This document shows positions 13,547 to 28,926 of a DNA stretch of 64,000 nt, piece after piece; position 1 is the stretch's first letter; each line of letters starts with the position of its first letter. The stretch is from positions 28,148,001-28,212,000 of the forward strand of contig NC_043018.1 of NCBI RefSeq assembly GCF_006345805.1, given 5' to 3'. The translations under genes and the position numbers were made by a program. The notes beneath the pieces were generated by a model. That model was not told where the DNA came from. It was given only the letters and a program-made list of their open reading frames with translations, and did no database searches. Source of the stretch: Octopus sinensis (taxonomy: Eukaryota).

Positions 13547-14421
13547 GATAATAATAATGATTATGATAATGATGATAATAATGATAATAATAATAATAAT
13601 AATGATGATGATAATAATAATAATAATCATCTTTTCTACTAAAGGCGCAAGGCCTGAAATTTTGGGGGAGGGGATCAGTCGAGTAGATTGACTCCAGTAC
13701 GCAACTGGTTCTGAATTTATTGACTCTGAAAGGATGAAAGGCAAAATTGACCACGGCGGAATTTGAACTCAGAACGTAGTCAGACGAAATACTGCTAAGC
13801 GTCTGGACCGGCGTGCTAACGATTCTGTCAGCTCGCAGTCTTAACAAAAACAAAAACAACATTAATGCTTTCTACTAAAGGTATAAGGCCCGAAATTTGT
13901 GGGGAGGGGGTAGGGTAGTCAATTAAGTCGACCTCAGTGTTTTACTGGTACTTAATCTTCATTCTCATTATTTGTAGTTTATGGACACTCCTCTGTACTG
14001 TAGAATATCACATTATATATAAAATATACAATAACCCCAATCACAAAAATGAGTAAAGAGAACATCATTTAGTATCTTTGATAAATTAAAAACAATATTG
14101 AAAGCCTCAGTAAGAGTCAAGATTCGTTTACAGTTCATTTTGCAACTCGATGCTCTGCTCTACACCATCCAGCAATTCCTGTATGCTCTTCCTCTCATTC
14201 ACTTAGTCCAGAGGTGGATTTTGTCTTAGAGGTGGATTTTGTCTTAGAGGTGGGCTTTGTCTACATCGTGCTACAAGATGATGCATCACTTAGATGCATC
14301 ACTTAGAGTTTCATCACTTGTTCTTTCGGGAGCAGTTGGGAAACTCTCCCTGTTCTGCGAAACGAAGCAACGTATTTTCCTTCCTGCACGTTGATGGATA
14401 AATTTCTAGCAGCTTTATTCT

Positions 14422-14800
14422 TTTACTCTTTTACTTGTTTCAGTCATTTGACTGCGGCCATGCTGGAGCACCACCTTTTAGTCGAATCAAATCGACTCCA
14501 GGACTTATTCTATGTAAGCCTAGTACTTATTCTATCGGTCACTTGTGCCGAAGCGAAAATTGGGGGGACAAACACAGATACACACACACACACACACACA
14601 CAAATACACACACACACATATATATATATATACATATATACGACGGGCTTCTTTCAGTTTCCGTCTACCAAATCACATGGCTTTGGTCGGCCCGAGGCTA
14701 TAGTAGAAGACACTTGCCCAATGTGCCACGCAGTGGGACTGATCCCGGAACCATGTGGTTCGTAAGCAAAGGTACTTACCACGCAACCACTCCTGCGACT
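14422..14800 (-). mobile_element. SINE family B
   Basis: Near full-length match to the copies at 28726, 32153 and 59543. Confidence 0.88.
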
Positions 14801-15604
14801 ATGGATATCTAAACATCTTTTAGATTAGTATCACTAGCGAAAACAAAATGTGTGTTACTGATATTGTCTGCGACGTGTAACTTTGTATTCCTATGTGAAT
14901 TTAGTGTATCCATAGTTGCTTTATTTTAGTTTTCCTCCTGTTTTTTTCTTTCAGCATTCTGTTTTTGAATTTGTTTTCGCATTTTCAGAGTCCATTTATT
15001 TTGAGGAGGCGTATCCAGTTTGTGCTCCCATTCTTGTAAGAATCTCACTCCTATTGTTCTACTAGTAGAAGAAGCCGTATTGCACAGCTCGTAATGAAAA
15101 AAAGAGAAAAGAAAACGGTTAGAATAAAACAATGTCTAAAAAATGGATCTTCTGTTTATCTCAGATATCGGGTTTTACGTCCACACGTTTCGAAGGTTCT
15201 TGTTTGCAAAAAAAACTTTGTAAAAGTTTATCCAGTAAAAAATTGGTAATAATCTAACATTCTGCCAGTAGTTTCTATAGGTGTGCGTATGCTTCTAAAC
15301 ATAAAATACAACTACAACAGCAACAACAACTCTAACACTATTAATGATAATAATGATGACGATGATGATCATGATCATGATGATTATGATATGATAACGA
15401 CAAGAACAATAAGAATTAGTGATATTAATTTCCAGGATAACACAAATATAATAATACAAAAGATAGAGAACACAAATATATAACGTATGACAGCAAATAA
15501 TGGTTTCCAACTTTGGTACAAGGCTAGCAATTTCAGGCGAGAAGGTAACCCCTGCGCTCAACTGATGCGTATTTTGTCGACACCAAGAAGATGAAAGGCA
15601 AAGT

Positions 15605-15633
15605 CGACCTCAGCGGTGCTGCTGCTGCTGCTG

Positions 15634-15676
<43 letters not shown>

Positions 15677-15803
15677 CACCGCCACCACCAACACCACCAC
15701 CAACACCAACACCACCACCACCACCACCACCACTACTACTACTACTACTACTGCTACTACTACTACTACCACCACCACCACCGCCGCCGCCGCCACCACC
15801 ACC

Positions 15804-15852
<49 letters not shown>

Positions 15853-15870
15853 ATAATAATAATAATATTA
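15605..15870. repeat. Compound trinucleotide microsatellite (GCT/ACT/ACC/GCC/AAT); representative of dozens of (TA)n, (CA)n, (TACA)n and (AAT)n tracts
   Basis: Directly visible; such tracts generate most of the low-complexity ORFs in the track. Confidence 0.95.
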
Positions 15871-16594
15871 ATGATGATACTTTCATTATTGACCACCAGG
15901 GCCAAACACAAAATATGGAGGACGATACGCAGGCGAGGGACAGTGAGGTTAAAGTGTAAACAGCAAGACAAAACAATTGACAACTAACAATATATAATTC
16001 CTCAATTGGTGGAAGATCCAGCGAGAGGTGACCAATGCAAACTCACCCACTTTGGGCCCCTAACACCAAAGCACCTCAGATAGGGACCCCCTCCTCATGG
16101 CATCCGGCCTACAAGCGCACACTTAGAGTAGGCTCATTCAGATGGGCCTTCCTCGCTTACATTCCCCGCATTTCGAGAAACTTACCGGGTGACAGCATCT
16201 CTCTTTCCAGTCTCACCTCCCTTGTCAGGTGGAACCTGAAAAAATTAATGAGGCCTTGACCAAAGAGGAAGGTACCCGTCTTCAACCCTTTCAATCGCGT
16301 CCATCGTACAACTTCGTTCATAATAGCCATCAAACAGAGAAAAACTGCTTTTCTTTCCTGGCCAAAGGAAGGAGGCGGAGCAATTTTCGCGATGGAATGG
16401 GACGATAGCTGGATCCGTCCTACATGTGACAATAACTGTTTGACGAAGCCCCACAGGTTAGCAATGAACGGACACTGTACTTGTGCATGCAGATTGATTT
16501 TCTTGCTCCCCAAACACCTCGGACAAGGCGTCTGACAGCACATTCGTGCCCTTCGGTAGCACTGCCAGGCCAGATATTTTTGGATATTATCCAT
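15870..16594 (-). mobile_element. Tx1/L1-clade LINE 3' remnant
   Basis: ORF 16157-16594 contains CPRC...HAQVQCPFIANLWGFV (C-terminal zinc knuckle typical of L1/Tx1 ORF2), followed by a 3' UTR and a (TAT)n-like tail. Confidence 0.7.
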
Positions 16595-16596
16595 GC

Positions 16597-16634
<38 letters not shown>

Positions 16635-16935
16635 TAATAATAATAATATTAATAATAATAATAATATTAATAATAATGGTGATAATAATAATACTTTCAA
16701 ATTTTGGTACGAGGCCAGCAGTTTTAAAGAAAGGTATGAGTCCATCACATAAACCCCAGTGCTTCACTGGTGATTATTTTATCGATCCTGAAATGATGAA
16801 AAGCAACGTGGGCCATAACGGAATTCGAACTCAGAAAGTTGAGGTAGATGAAATACTGCTAAGTACATTGCTCGGCATGCTAGCAATCCACCCATCATGC
16901 AGGCTTTATAATGATGATGATGATGATGATAATAA

Positions 16936-16966
<31 letters not shown>

Positions 16967-16973
16967 AATAATG

Positions 16974-17018
<45 letters not shown>

Positions 17019-17120
17019 TAATAATAATATTGATGATGATGATGATGATGATGATAACATCCACAATATCAACAATTATAATAAAACTCACGGCTTTGTG
17101 CCTAGAGTATAAATAATAAA

Positions 17121-17151
<31 letters not shown>

Positions 17152-17211
17152 GGATCCGGCTAGTATTATTATTATTATTTATTATTATTATTATTGTTAT
17201 TAGTATTATTA

Positions 17212-17279
<68 letters not shown>

Positions 17280-17364
17280 TATTATTGTTATTAGTATTAT
17301 TATTATTATTATTATATTATTATTATTATTATATATTATTATTATTATTATATTACTATTATTA

Positions 17365-17401
<37 letters not shown>

Positions 17402-17409
17402 ATTATTAC

Positions 17410-17483
<74 letters not shown>

Positions 17484-18342
17484 AAAGAATGCAATCAAAG
17501 ACCTAAATATATTAGGAGAAAGAGAAAACTATATAAACAAAATGGAATAGATTGAGCAATAAACAAACAAAAAAAAATGCTAGGGAAACAGTTAAGCTAA
17601 AGAGCAACTTGAATATTCATGTTGTTTGAATTGCTGAAGATTTTGACTGTAGAGCGTGACACGATGACATGAAATTGTTCTCCGAATCACGTTAATGTTT
17701 TCATAAGAAATAAGGATGATAGTTTGTTGTCTTTATGATCTGAGTTCAAATTTTGTCGAGGTCGGCTTTTCTTTTTAGCCTTTCGGGCCGTTAATCTACA
17801 TAACATTTACACGGGAGCTGACAACATTTCGAAGCGACGTTTCGATTCAGTTGTGCTCTCCATTACTGAAACCAACCTCAACTCATACGACCTTAAGCCA
17901 CAAAAAGCTGTCCAAATTTATTACGTAAATTTCTTAACGTAAATAAATTAGGCACATGTATGAATTGTTAAATATGTATTTATAATATACTTTTCATCTG
18001 CTGTCGTTTTATATTCTTGATGCACTCATACAATAATTAATGAGTTTGTATGTGTGTATGTTTGTGTAGATGTGTACGATTGTAATAATTATCTGTAACA
18101 CAACAGATAGAATATGGATGGTAAATCAAATTAATACACTTGTCAATGTTATATAGTGGTCATCTTTTGAGATGTTATATCAATCATCGTTTGTTACCGA
18201 AGGAACCCTGGCTCACACTTACAAACATTTACACACTTCACTTGTACAGGTACACACATACACACGTATACTTGCACAGAGATGAAACACTCTTTGACTT
18301 TTCACTTCAGCGTTGAATATAAACGATTTCCCTTCCATTGCC

Positions 18343-18389
<47 letters not shown>

Positions 18390-18846
18390 TCACATACATC
18401 CCTTTTACATATACACACATATACACATACAGAGTTGAAACACTGATATTTTCAGCGAAGAATTTCCATCATCCCGCTACCAAGTATGACATCACACCTT
18501 CCTTCCTTTCTCATTCATGTGTTGAGACGGAGAAAAACACAAGAGTATTATTATAGTAGATACTGGCGTTAGTAAAAAATTTCGGAGTCCCAAGCAGTCG
18601 TGTTATAAACAAATATGAGGTTGCCTCGATGTCTCCGCAACAGTATAGTTATATAACACAGAGGTGATAAATAACCAAACCTAGGGAAAGCGTTTGTTAG
18701 CTGACATCATCCGTAGAAGGGTTAATTTCTATGATATTAAACCCATTAGATTTCACCTGGACAATTTATTATTGCTGCTGGGAGCTGGCGCACCAATTGT
18801 CGTGAAGTCGGTTGTAGAGTCACATAGGTCATAAGTCGACTATGAC

Positions 18847-18879
<33 letters not shown>

Positions 18880-19359
18880 CATACAAACACATACAATAGC
18901 GCCACACACATGCATACACATATACACTTACACACACGAATAAACATGCATACATGCTCACTCACACACACGGACACATACATACACATAAAAGTTGGAC
19001 TTTCAATTTCCGTTCTACAAAATCTACTCATAAGGATTTGGTGGGCTCTTGGTCATAGAAGAAGTGACTTGCCTTTTGTTCCCTGAAGCAGAGAACCGAA
19101 CCCGAAACCACATAGTACAGAAGTAAAATCATTCAGTACACAGTCCTTCATGCTGTATATCACCGACATAATGTTCAATATATATTATTGTACTGGACAT
19201 CACGTTATGAAGTGTTTTTTCACTTCAATGAAATAAAATCTCTGTGTGAAATATCCATTACCTAACTATATATACACACACTCACACATACATATACACA
19301 AACACACACACACACTCACACACGCACATATATATATATATATATAGATAGATAGATAC

Positions 19360-19441
<82 letters not shown>

Positions 19442-19820
19442 CTATGAGAGTGAGTATGTACATATATAAATATTACGTATGCATTTGTGTTAGACATTAT
19501 GTTTCTGTGTGTGTATATACGTATATATGCACATACTTACCTGCCAAGTTACATACATTCATATATGTATACACATATGCAGACAGAATAGCAATATTTG
19601 AATGAATCATCCATAAACAGAATGAACAATTTGACCTTTGTAAATCTGTGTGGTTTCGTCAGACACTGATCAAAATTATTGACTCCAGAGTGGAAAAGAT
19701 ATATAGAATGCGTCTGTAGCATTTATGTCTCTGCCAAATATATTAGCTCTGTGTGAAAGTGGGGATTATTACGTCCACACTTAATATACACACATCTATC
19801 CATGTATAGTATATATATAT

Positions 19821-19869
<49 letters not shown>

Positions 19870-20072
19870 CATGTATATATATACACACACACGCACATGT
19901 ACGTATATATAGAGATCATATATAAATATATGTGTGTGTGTGTTTGTGTGTGTATCTTATGTATATACATACGTACTTATATATGTATATATATGCACAT
20001 ATATACATAAACATATATATATCTGTGTATGTATATGTACGTGTGGATATATATATATATATATATATATAT

Positions 20073-20113
<41 letters not shown>

Positions 20114-20153
20114 CATATATATATACATATATTATATATATATATATTATATA

Positions 20154-20218
<65 letters not shown>

Positions 20219-20976
20219 GTAAATATACTGAACTAAAGTTATAATATTTGTCCACTTACTTTGGAGCATCGTATGTCGAACGTGGCTGTATAAATTATAT
20301 TTGGTATCACTTAGTTCCATAATTCAAAAGATATTCAACACTACGTATTCTCATCGGAATCGCCAAGTCCATTTACCAAGGAAAAAAAAAGATAAAGCAA
20401 AAACCCACAAACAACAAAAAACAACCAGAACAATATCGACGTATCTTCGCTCTGTGATGATTTTCATATAATTTTCCAAATTTGTTTATTTAGTCTGAAT
20501 TCGTTTTTTTTTTTTTTACCTCTATAACTTTTGTGCAAAGTGTAAATTCCTGACTAAACAGATCTAATTATGAAAAAACTATAGACGAAATACCCTAAAC
20601 TTTTGTTATGGTAATTAGTACGTCGGTTCATTATATCATATAATAGCATTCTGTGCCGGAGTAATGTGTTCTTCTTTTGTGTTCGTTACGATCTCTCACA
20701 AAATTACGTTTGTATTTTCCTAAGGAAACAATAGTAGATAAATAACTTTAACCTTATCAACGCATTGAATATCATAATATTTTATAAGGGTATTTACGGA
20801 GGAGAAAAAGAGAAAAGTATAAATAAAAGTAAACACTGGACCACGCAGCAATTTTAACGGATGTTCAAACTATATTGGGAGTAAATAAGGAATGAAACAA
20901 TTGAACGTTATCAAGAAGCACAATGGACGGTGAGAAGATATGTTTTTTTAAAATATGGATCTGCCCGTAAGCAGGG

Positions 20977-21212
20977 ATCACATAATTGGTGATTAATTCC
21001 AGAACACTTTGAGAAGACTGAACTGTGTTTAGCTTTGAAAACTCGAAAATTAATTGATAAAGGAACATGGTCAGAATAGAAAAGCTTTCTCTCTCTCTCT
21101 CTGTATATATATACACACATTTATATACATATAAATAACATTATGTGTTATATACATATATATACATTTATATATACATATAATATATCATGTATATTAC
21201 ATGTAATATATG

Positions 21213-21303
<91 letters not shown>

Positions 21304-21519
21304 ATAAAGAGAGTCAGCAGAAGTTCGCCATTACCTTCTGTCGGAGCCGCGTGGGGCTTAGGTGTTTCGCTCATAATTCGTTTTAAAAATTTCTCATTCG
21401 CTCATCTCTGTATATCTAATCAGTTTCTTTTACACTTAAACCGATATATATATATACATATACACATACATATGTATATATATGTATATATATACAATAA
21501 TATATATTATATATATATA

Positions 21520-21568
<49 letters not shown>

Positions 21569-22150
21569 ATATATATATTGATCACAGAGCTCGAGGCGAT
21601 CCAACGTAGCTACACGAAGATAGCCTCTATGCAGAATGTAAGCTACTGGGAAAGACTCAAGAGATTAAAACTATATTCCCTGGAGCTTAGGCGGGAAAGA
21701 TATGCCATAATATACATCTGGAAGATCCTGGAGGGACGTGTCCTGAACTTTATCATCGAGAGTTACGCAAATGTCAGAACTGGGCGCCACTGCGTGGTGC
21801 CTAGGACTCCAAACTTGCCATCAAGATGTAGGACAAGATTCTGTGATAGCCTGGGCTTCCGAGGCCCACAGCTCTTCAATATCCTCCCGAAGAACCTGAG
21901 AGACCTGCATGGGGTGGATTCAGATGTCTTTAAAATGAAGCTGGATCTCTTCCTGTCAGGTGTCCCAGATGAACCAACTTCACGGCAGGAGGTGCAGATG
22001 AGGGCAGCTGCATCGAACTCTCTCATGCACCAAATGGCAGTTGCTAAAAAGCATTCGTGAAGTAAAACCAAGTAGCAACACCAAATGGCGGTTGCCCCAG
22101 CATGGCCACAGCTCATAAGCTGAAACTAGAATCAATCAATCAATCAATCA

Positions 22151-22193
<43 letters not shown>

Positions 22194-22457
22194 ATATATA
22201 TACATATATATATATATATGTATTGTATATATATATATACATATATATACATATGTATGTGTATATGTATATATATATATATCGGGTTTAAGTGTAAAAG
22301 AAACTGATTAGATATACAGAGATGAGCGAATGAGAAATTTTAAAACGAATTTTGAGCGAAACACCTAAGCCCCACGCGGCTCGACAGAAGGTAATGGCGA
22401 ACTTCTGCTGACTCTTCTTTATTTATATTTTTTATATATATTATATATATATATATA

Positions 22458-22501
<44 letters not shown>

Positions 22502-22751
22502 CATATATACATGTATATATACATGTATATATATATGTATATATACATGTATATATATATGTATATATACACATATATGTATTTATATGTATATATAAAT
22601 GTGTGTATATATATATACAGAGAGAAAGCTTTTCTATTCTGACCATGTTCCTTTATCAATTAATTTTCGAGTTTTCAAAGCTAAACACAGTTCAGTCTTC
22701 TCAAAGTGTTCTGGAATTAATCACCAATTATTATATCACCAATTATGTGAT
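20977..22751. repeat. Inverted duplication (~600-bp arms) centred on the truncated LINE
   Basis: 20977-~21530 is mirrored at ~22190-22751, including the microsatellite patterns; a third copy of part of it is at 22780-22918. Confidence 0.9.
21578..22153 (+). mobile_element. 5'-truncated copy of the same CR1-group LINE
   Basis: The 160-aa ORF is nearly identical to the C-terminus at 7256-7745; same 3' UTR; (CAAT)n tail; inserted in a (TA)n tract. Confidence 0.95.
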
Positions 22752-24661
22752 ATATATATTATATATATATATATATGTATATCGGGTTTAAGTGTAAAAG
22801 AAACTGATTAGATATACAGAGATGAGCGAATGAGAAATTTTGAAAACGAATTATGAGCGAAACACCTAAGCCCCACGCGGCTCCGACAGAAGGTAATGGC
22901 GAACTTCTGCTGACTCTTCCACCACAACCTTCTCTCATTCTTTCCTCCTGCATCTTGCAGCTCACCTGCGACGGACCGGCGTCCCGTCCGGGTGGGGGAC
23001 CTATACGCCAAGCAACTGGGAAACCGGCCCTTATGAGCTAGGCGTGGCCCGAGAATGAACCAACTTATTTGTAAAGCTCGATACTTATTCTATTGGATAC
23101 TTTTGCCGAATCGTTAAATTACGGGGACGTAAACACACTAGCACCGGTTGTCCAGCGGTGGTAGGGGACAACCATAGACACAAAGACACACGCACATACT
23201 ACGAGCTACTTTCAATTTTCGTATGCCAAATCCACTCACAAGCTTATAAACCCGGCTCTCTTGTAAAAGGCACAGACCTATGGTGCCACGCAGTGTGATT
23301 GAACCTAGAGCTATCTGGTTACAAACTGAGAGTATACCGTATAAGCCATTTCCTCTGTATTGATTGACTAAAAACTAGTAACAATGTATAGCGCCCTCCT
23401 AATTATAGGAGTAGACAATGGTGTATCACAGTAAACGGTAGAAGACAAATGTGTCAGAACTACCGTAAGTAAATACCAATTTAATTAAAGCTGACAACAT
23501 TAAGTTGGATATGTACACGGAAATGAGAAAATCCAAAAAGAACCACAGACAGGAACATTTAAGTGTAAAAGAAACTGATTAGATATACACAGATAAGCGA
23601 ATGAGAAATTTTTAAAAGAAATAGTACGTAGTGAAATTAGATAAATATTTAAAAGAAAAAAAATGCTAAAGTCAATGCTTAGTACCACCAATATTATATA
23701 GGGCAGCTTCGGTATTTATTCTGTTTATTGTCGGAAGTGAATTAAAGCGTTTAGACAGAAACAGCTGTAAGTACAGCTTTTAAAATAAATCAACTGTGCG
23801 CTGAAATAAATCATATACACCTACTTTGGTCACAGAGAGGAACGGGTTTCAAACAATAGAGTCCTACGCATTAACCAGAGTGAGGTAACGCAATTTAATT
23901 AAGAGGACAGGAAGTTCTTGATGTATCAAGGAAAATCGATGAAAAAAAATGAAAGAAAAAATTAATTGTGATTATGGCTGTGTGGTTAAGAAGATCGTTC
24001 TGAAGCCTTGTGCTTTCGTTTTCAGTTCCATTATGTGACACATTCGACATATTTCTTTTTTACTATAGCCCCAGGCCAAATGATACACTGTGAGTGAACC
24101 TAGTGGACGGAAATTGTGTGGAAGCCCTCCTATGCGTGTGCGTATGCGTGTGTGTGCGTCGTGCGTATGTACGTGTGTGTGTGTGTGTGTTACTGCTTGT
24201 GATTGTTTCCAGCACCTACCAAACGCAGTTGGTTTCTTTACATCTCTGTAAATATTTCTAGAATAAGTACCAAACTTAAGAAAAGGTACGTAGGCATTTG
24301 GTTCGATTCATTCTTCTAAGTCCTTACAATGTAGTGCTCCAGTATGGCCGCAGTCCAGTGCCAATGACTGAAACAAGATAAAAGACAAAAGGTAAGTGTT
24401 TGTGTTATACGGATTTTATGGTATAAGCAGCTCGATAATATAAAACATTATTGATATCACATACTTAATGTATATGTATGGTCAAACGGTGCAAATTCGC
24501 GATATTTCGTCTTAGAGAGATCGCTTTTAAAATGTGTTGTCAGTGCGTATGTGTGGGGGGGGGCAGCATAAGTCGAAGGCAGGCGAGGCGAAATCGTTCT
24601 AGAAGATAAAAGAAAATAAACATGGAGGTTTGAAACTAACAAGGATAGAAAAAACATAGTT

Positions 24662-25080
24662 TGGATCTTTTCGGTTTGAACGGCAGTTTTTAACATAATT
24701 TCTAGGTAACTAAAAAAATTTAAACTTCGTATACTGGTAGAATGTGTTTATAAAACATCTTTTTCTCTTGGCTTTATTGAGAAAATTCTATAGTTTGTAA
24801 GATATTTGTCGGGTTTTTTTCTTCAATTTCTGCAATTTCAACCAATCAATGACGTCTATTGAGGTGAAAGCATTCTGTGCCGTATGAATATGTCCCTCGT
24901 TTAAGAAACAGATTGGGTTTATTTACATTTGTGAAGAAAAAAGATACCCTTCCCCCCACCCCTAACCCTAACCTTAAGACAGATTGAAATGCAATAGATC
25001 GATACTAGGGTCATAATTATGGGGTAACAATTTCATAAGACACCGCTAGAAAAAACTGCCGTTCAAACCGAAAAGATCCC
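24662..25080 (+). mobile_element. Same MITE family, TSD atagtt
   Basis: Same TIRs and body; TSD at 24656-61 and 25081-86. Confidence 0.92.
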
Positions 25081-25455
25081 ATAGTTTTCATAAGCTCAAA
25101 ACAATAGAAATGGTGCCGTGGGATCAAGAACGGTAACAACCGCAATTTAAATCTATTATCTGTGAATAATGTCAATATAAATGCAGAGACGTACATAAAT
25201 TGAACTGGAGAACTTCGACATCCTACTAAAAATAACATTATAAGGCCTCTAGATACATACTAAATAGACAATCCGTAGAATAATTTAAACATTCACTTTA
25301 TAAATAAAATAGCAGTACCAGATACTGCACATCGTAATAGATATCATACATATTCCAAATAGATGGGTTTGAGATGTTTTGATACTGTCTTTTTGGCGTC
25401 GCTAATTCGATGCTGACTTATTTGACATCAGGCGTTTTAATGTTTCTCATTCGAT

Positions 25456-25494
<39 letters not shown>

Positions 25495-25557
25495 AAAGCT
25501 GTATAATTCTGCCTCCAATACTAAAATGTACTGTCACCTAAACATGTTGACAATCAA

Positions 25558-26017
25558 GGGATCTTTTCGGTTTGAATGGCAGTTTTTAACATAATTTCCA
25601 CGTAACTAAACACTTTTAAACTTAGTATACTGGTAGAATGTGTTTATAAAACATCTTTTTCTCTTGGCTTTATTGAGAAAATTCTATAGTTTGTAAGATG
25701 TTTGTTGTTGTTTTTCTTCAATTTCTGCAATTTCAACCAATCAGTGACGTCTATTGAGGTAAACAACATTCTGTGCCGTATGAATATGTCCATCGTTTAA
25801 GAAACAGATTGGGTTTATTTACATTTGTGAAGAAAAAAGATACCCTTCCCCCACCCCTAACCCTAACCCTAACCCTAACCCTAACTAATCCTAACTAACC
25901 CTAACCCCAACCCTAAAAGAGATTGAAATGCAATAGATTGATTCTAGGGTCATAATTATGGGTGACAATTTCATATGACACCGCTGAAAAAACTGCCGTT
26001 CAAACCGAAAAGATCCC
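25558..26017 (+). mobile_element. Same MITE family, TSD aatcaa, with an expanded (TAACCC)n tract
   Basis: TSD at 25552-57 and 26018-23; telomere-like repeats at ~25855-25915. Confidence 0.92.
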
Positions 26018-26675
26018 AATCAAGTCAGCCTTGCCAAGTTGTCAGCGTTTAAACACCTTTGCACAATCGTCTCATCACGCTATTCAATAACATTCAAATC
26101 AGTACGTAGAACAAGTTGCTGCACACGTCTTACTTTCATCAGACTAGCACTAAACACGGCTGTTACGCATGGTACAAACCAGAAGCACAAGCAGAAACTG
26201 CATCCGCACTTCAAATATTTCCAATACTTTAGCACAGGTAGGCTATGCACACAGGAATTCGTAGAATACGGATAATACTATAAATTAAACCAAACACATC
26301 AAGCCATAAACAAAAACCTACCCCTATCTAAGGAACATAGAATGGTTCTCGGTTTTTGCAAAGAAAGCATGTATCACAAATACAATAAAACTACAAGAAT
26401 ATAAAAACAAACAATAATAGTATTGATAGTGATAATAACTGAATAAACAATAAAATTATCCGTAATATCTTTACAGGTTATAAAACATATGTTGGAGAAT
26501 CATGACATTTGATCATAAAATGGATGGAGGAGCTTAAAATTGCTAAACAACGTCATAATTCTGGTGGAAATTCTTTCATAAATTTTCTTTTACAATTCAC
26601 ATATTCGTGTTAATATTCTCTGCCATAAAATTTCCCGAATATACTACATACCATACATACATACATACATACTAC

Positions 26676-26768
<93 letters not shown>

Positions 26769-26846
26769 TATATATTAATAAATAAAACATATCCTATATA
26801 TTAATAATAAAACATATGCATATATATATATAAATATCATTATATA

Positions 26847-27572
26847 TACGTACCGTACCTCTACATCTATATATACACGCATATATGAGTACAGGAAACC
26901 AAAAAAACGTCGAACACGATGAGAAACGAAAACATAGACACAAACCCAAGGAACTGGACATTTTTCTTAAACAACAAAAAAATAGAGTACAGGACAAATA
27001 ACACAAGGAAAAGAACCCCTTCTTCAGTCGCCATGGTTTCATCTACTCTACGTTTCGAAGGTGAAGGCGAGACGTATCTTCGATAAGAAACTTTCCTTCC
27101 TGCGAAAAGCAAGTGAAATAAAATTTGAGATCTTTTTGCAGAGGGGTAAACATGGTAACAAAAACAGGACAGTAACGACAGTACAGAATATAAGCAGTAA
27201 AAGACAGGACAAGGAAAATAACAAGACAAGAGGGGCTGTTAACGCCGAACGAAAAAAAAGTATTACGAACGCTAATTTCTGCAAAAAGATCTCAAATTTT
27301 ATTTGATTTGCTTTTCGCAGGAGGGAAAGTTTCTTATTGAAGATACGTCTCGCCTTCACCTTCTAAACGTAGAGTAGATGAAACCATGGCGACTGAAGAA
27401 GGGATTTTTTCCTTCTGTTATTTGTCCTGTACTCTATTTTTTTGTTGCTTAAGAAAAATGTCCAGTTCCTTGGGTTTGTGTCTATATTTTGGTTTCTCAT
27501 TGTGTTCGATGTTTTATTTGGTGTCCTGTACTCATATATGCGTGTATATATAGATTTAGAGGTAGGTACGTA
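26847..27572. repeat. Fold-back element: ~295-bp inverted arms with a 135-bp spacer
   Basis: 26847-27142 is the reverse complement of 27278-27572 with scattered differences; (TA)n flanks. Confidence 0.9.
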
Positions 27573-27671
27573 CATATATGTATATATATATGCATATGTT
27601 TTATTTATTAATATATTATATGACGGAACGCACGCATCCCATTCTAAGTAAGATTGTTCTTGATAAATATA

Positions 27672-27733
<62 letters not shown>

Positions 27734-27837
27734 AGGTGTGTGTGTTTTATTCTTGGTTAATCTTATGCCCTGAAAAATGAATGTTCATGAATATCTATCT
27801 ATCTATCTATATCTATATCTATATAATATATATATAG

Positions 27838-27902
<65 letters not shown>

Positions 27903-28163
27903 TATATAATGTACACGGAGGTACAGAGGAAACGCATTTACAAACTCACATTCCAATGCGTATATATATATATATATATATACATATATAAATGTATACA
28001 CATATATATATATATATGCATGTGTGTGTGCGTGCGTTTTTCTGTGCGCGTATGTATGTATGGGTAAAAATTGCAAAAAAAAACAACAAAAAAGAAAAAA
28101 GCAGAGACAAGAGAAGGAGCAACAAACAAATTGTATCAGTTTTACGCTCAACGAAAATGGAAG

Positions 28164-28200
28164 CTTACGACGTTTCGAACCTACGCTCTTCTTCAGAAGG
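28164..28200 (-). ncRNA. Degenerate minimal hammerhead (core intact, stem I broken)
   Basis: Reverse complement CCTT-CTGAAGA-A-GAGC-GTAG-GTTC-GAA-ACGT-C-GTAAG; same layout as the copy at 22-59. Confidence 0.55.
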
Positions 28201-28725
28201 GAATGTGGAGTGACAACAGGTGATGAAGAGAGGGAAAAATACGGGGAGAGATAAAAACGTATCTGGATTAACAGTTGCACATTTTGAACTGACCGGGAGG
28301 AATGAAGTGATCGGAGACAGGGGTGGGAAGGGTGTCATCTTTAACGTGGCAAAAGCAAAAGTGTGTCTGCATGTGTGTGCATATGAGGATAATATGTTCG
28401 TGTACACCTATATATATCTATGTACTCACACACGCACTCATAAATATACATATATGTGTGTGTGTGCGTGTGTGTGTGTGTGTGAGAGAGATAGTTTGTC
28501 TAATGCATAAATATGACGAGCATTGAGTGTAAAAGTATTTGATACATGAGTAGCGTTTAATATTTATTGCAGATTGTTGACAGTAACTCTCAATTTTCGG
28601 AGGTTGTGGTAAAATCAGTCTGCGCCATGTATGACGGCGAATCTTTGGAATTAATGTCCACAATCTACAATATGTACATATGTGGATATATATATATATA
28701 TATTATATATATATATATATATATA

Positions 28726-28886
28726 TGGCGGCATGTGTGGTAAGAAGCTTGCTTCCCAACCATATTATTCTGGGTTCAATCCCACTGTGTGTCACCTTAG
28801 GAAAGTGTCCTCTACCATAACCTCGGACCGACCAAACATTGTGGATTTGGTAGACGGAAACTGAAAGAAGCCCGACGTATATACGC

Positions 28887-28926
<40 letters not shown>

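Noticed and set aside
15533-17506. Long poly-Val/Thr/Pro/Ile/Tyr ORFs (and the YI/HT-repeat ORFs throughout)
   Set aside because: Translations of microsatellites, open in several frames because the repeats lack stop codons.
18700-18830. Possible small exon (ADIIRRRVNFYDIKPIRFHLDN...)
   Set aside because: Short open frame with weak splice signals and no recognisable homology.
25855-25915. Telomere or chromosome-fusion scar
   Set aside because: The TAACCC tract lies inside a MITE with intact TIRs and TSD.
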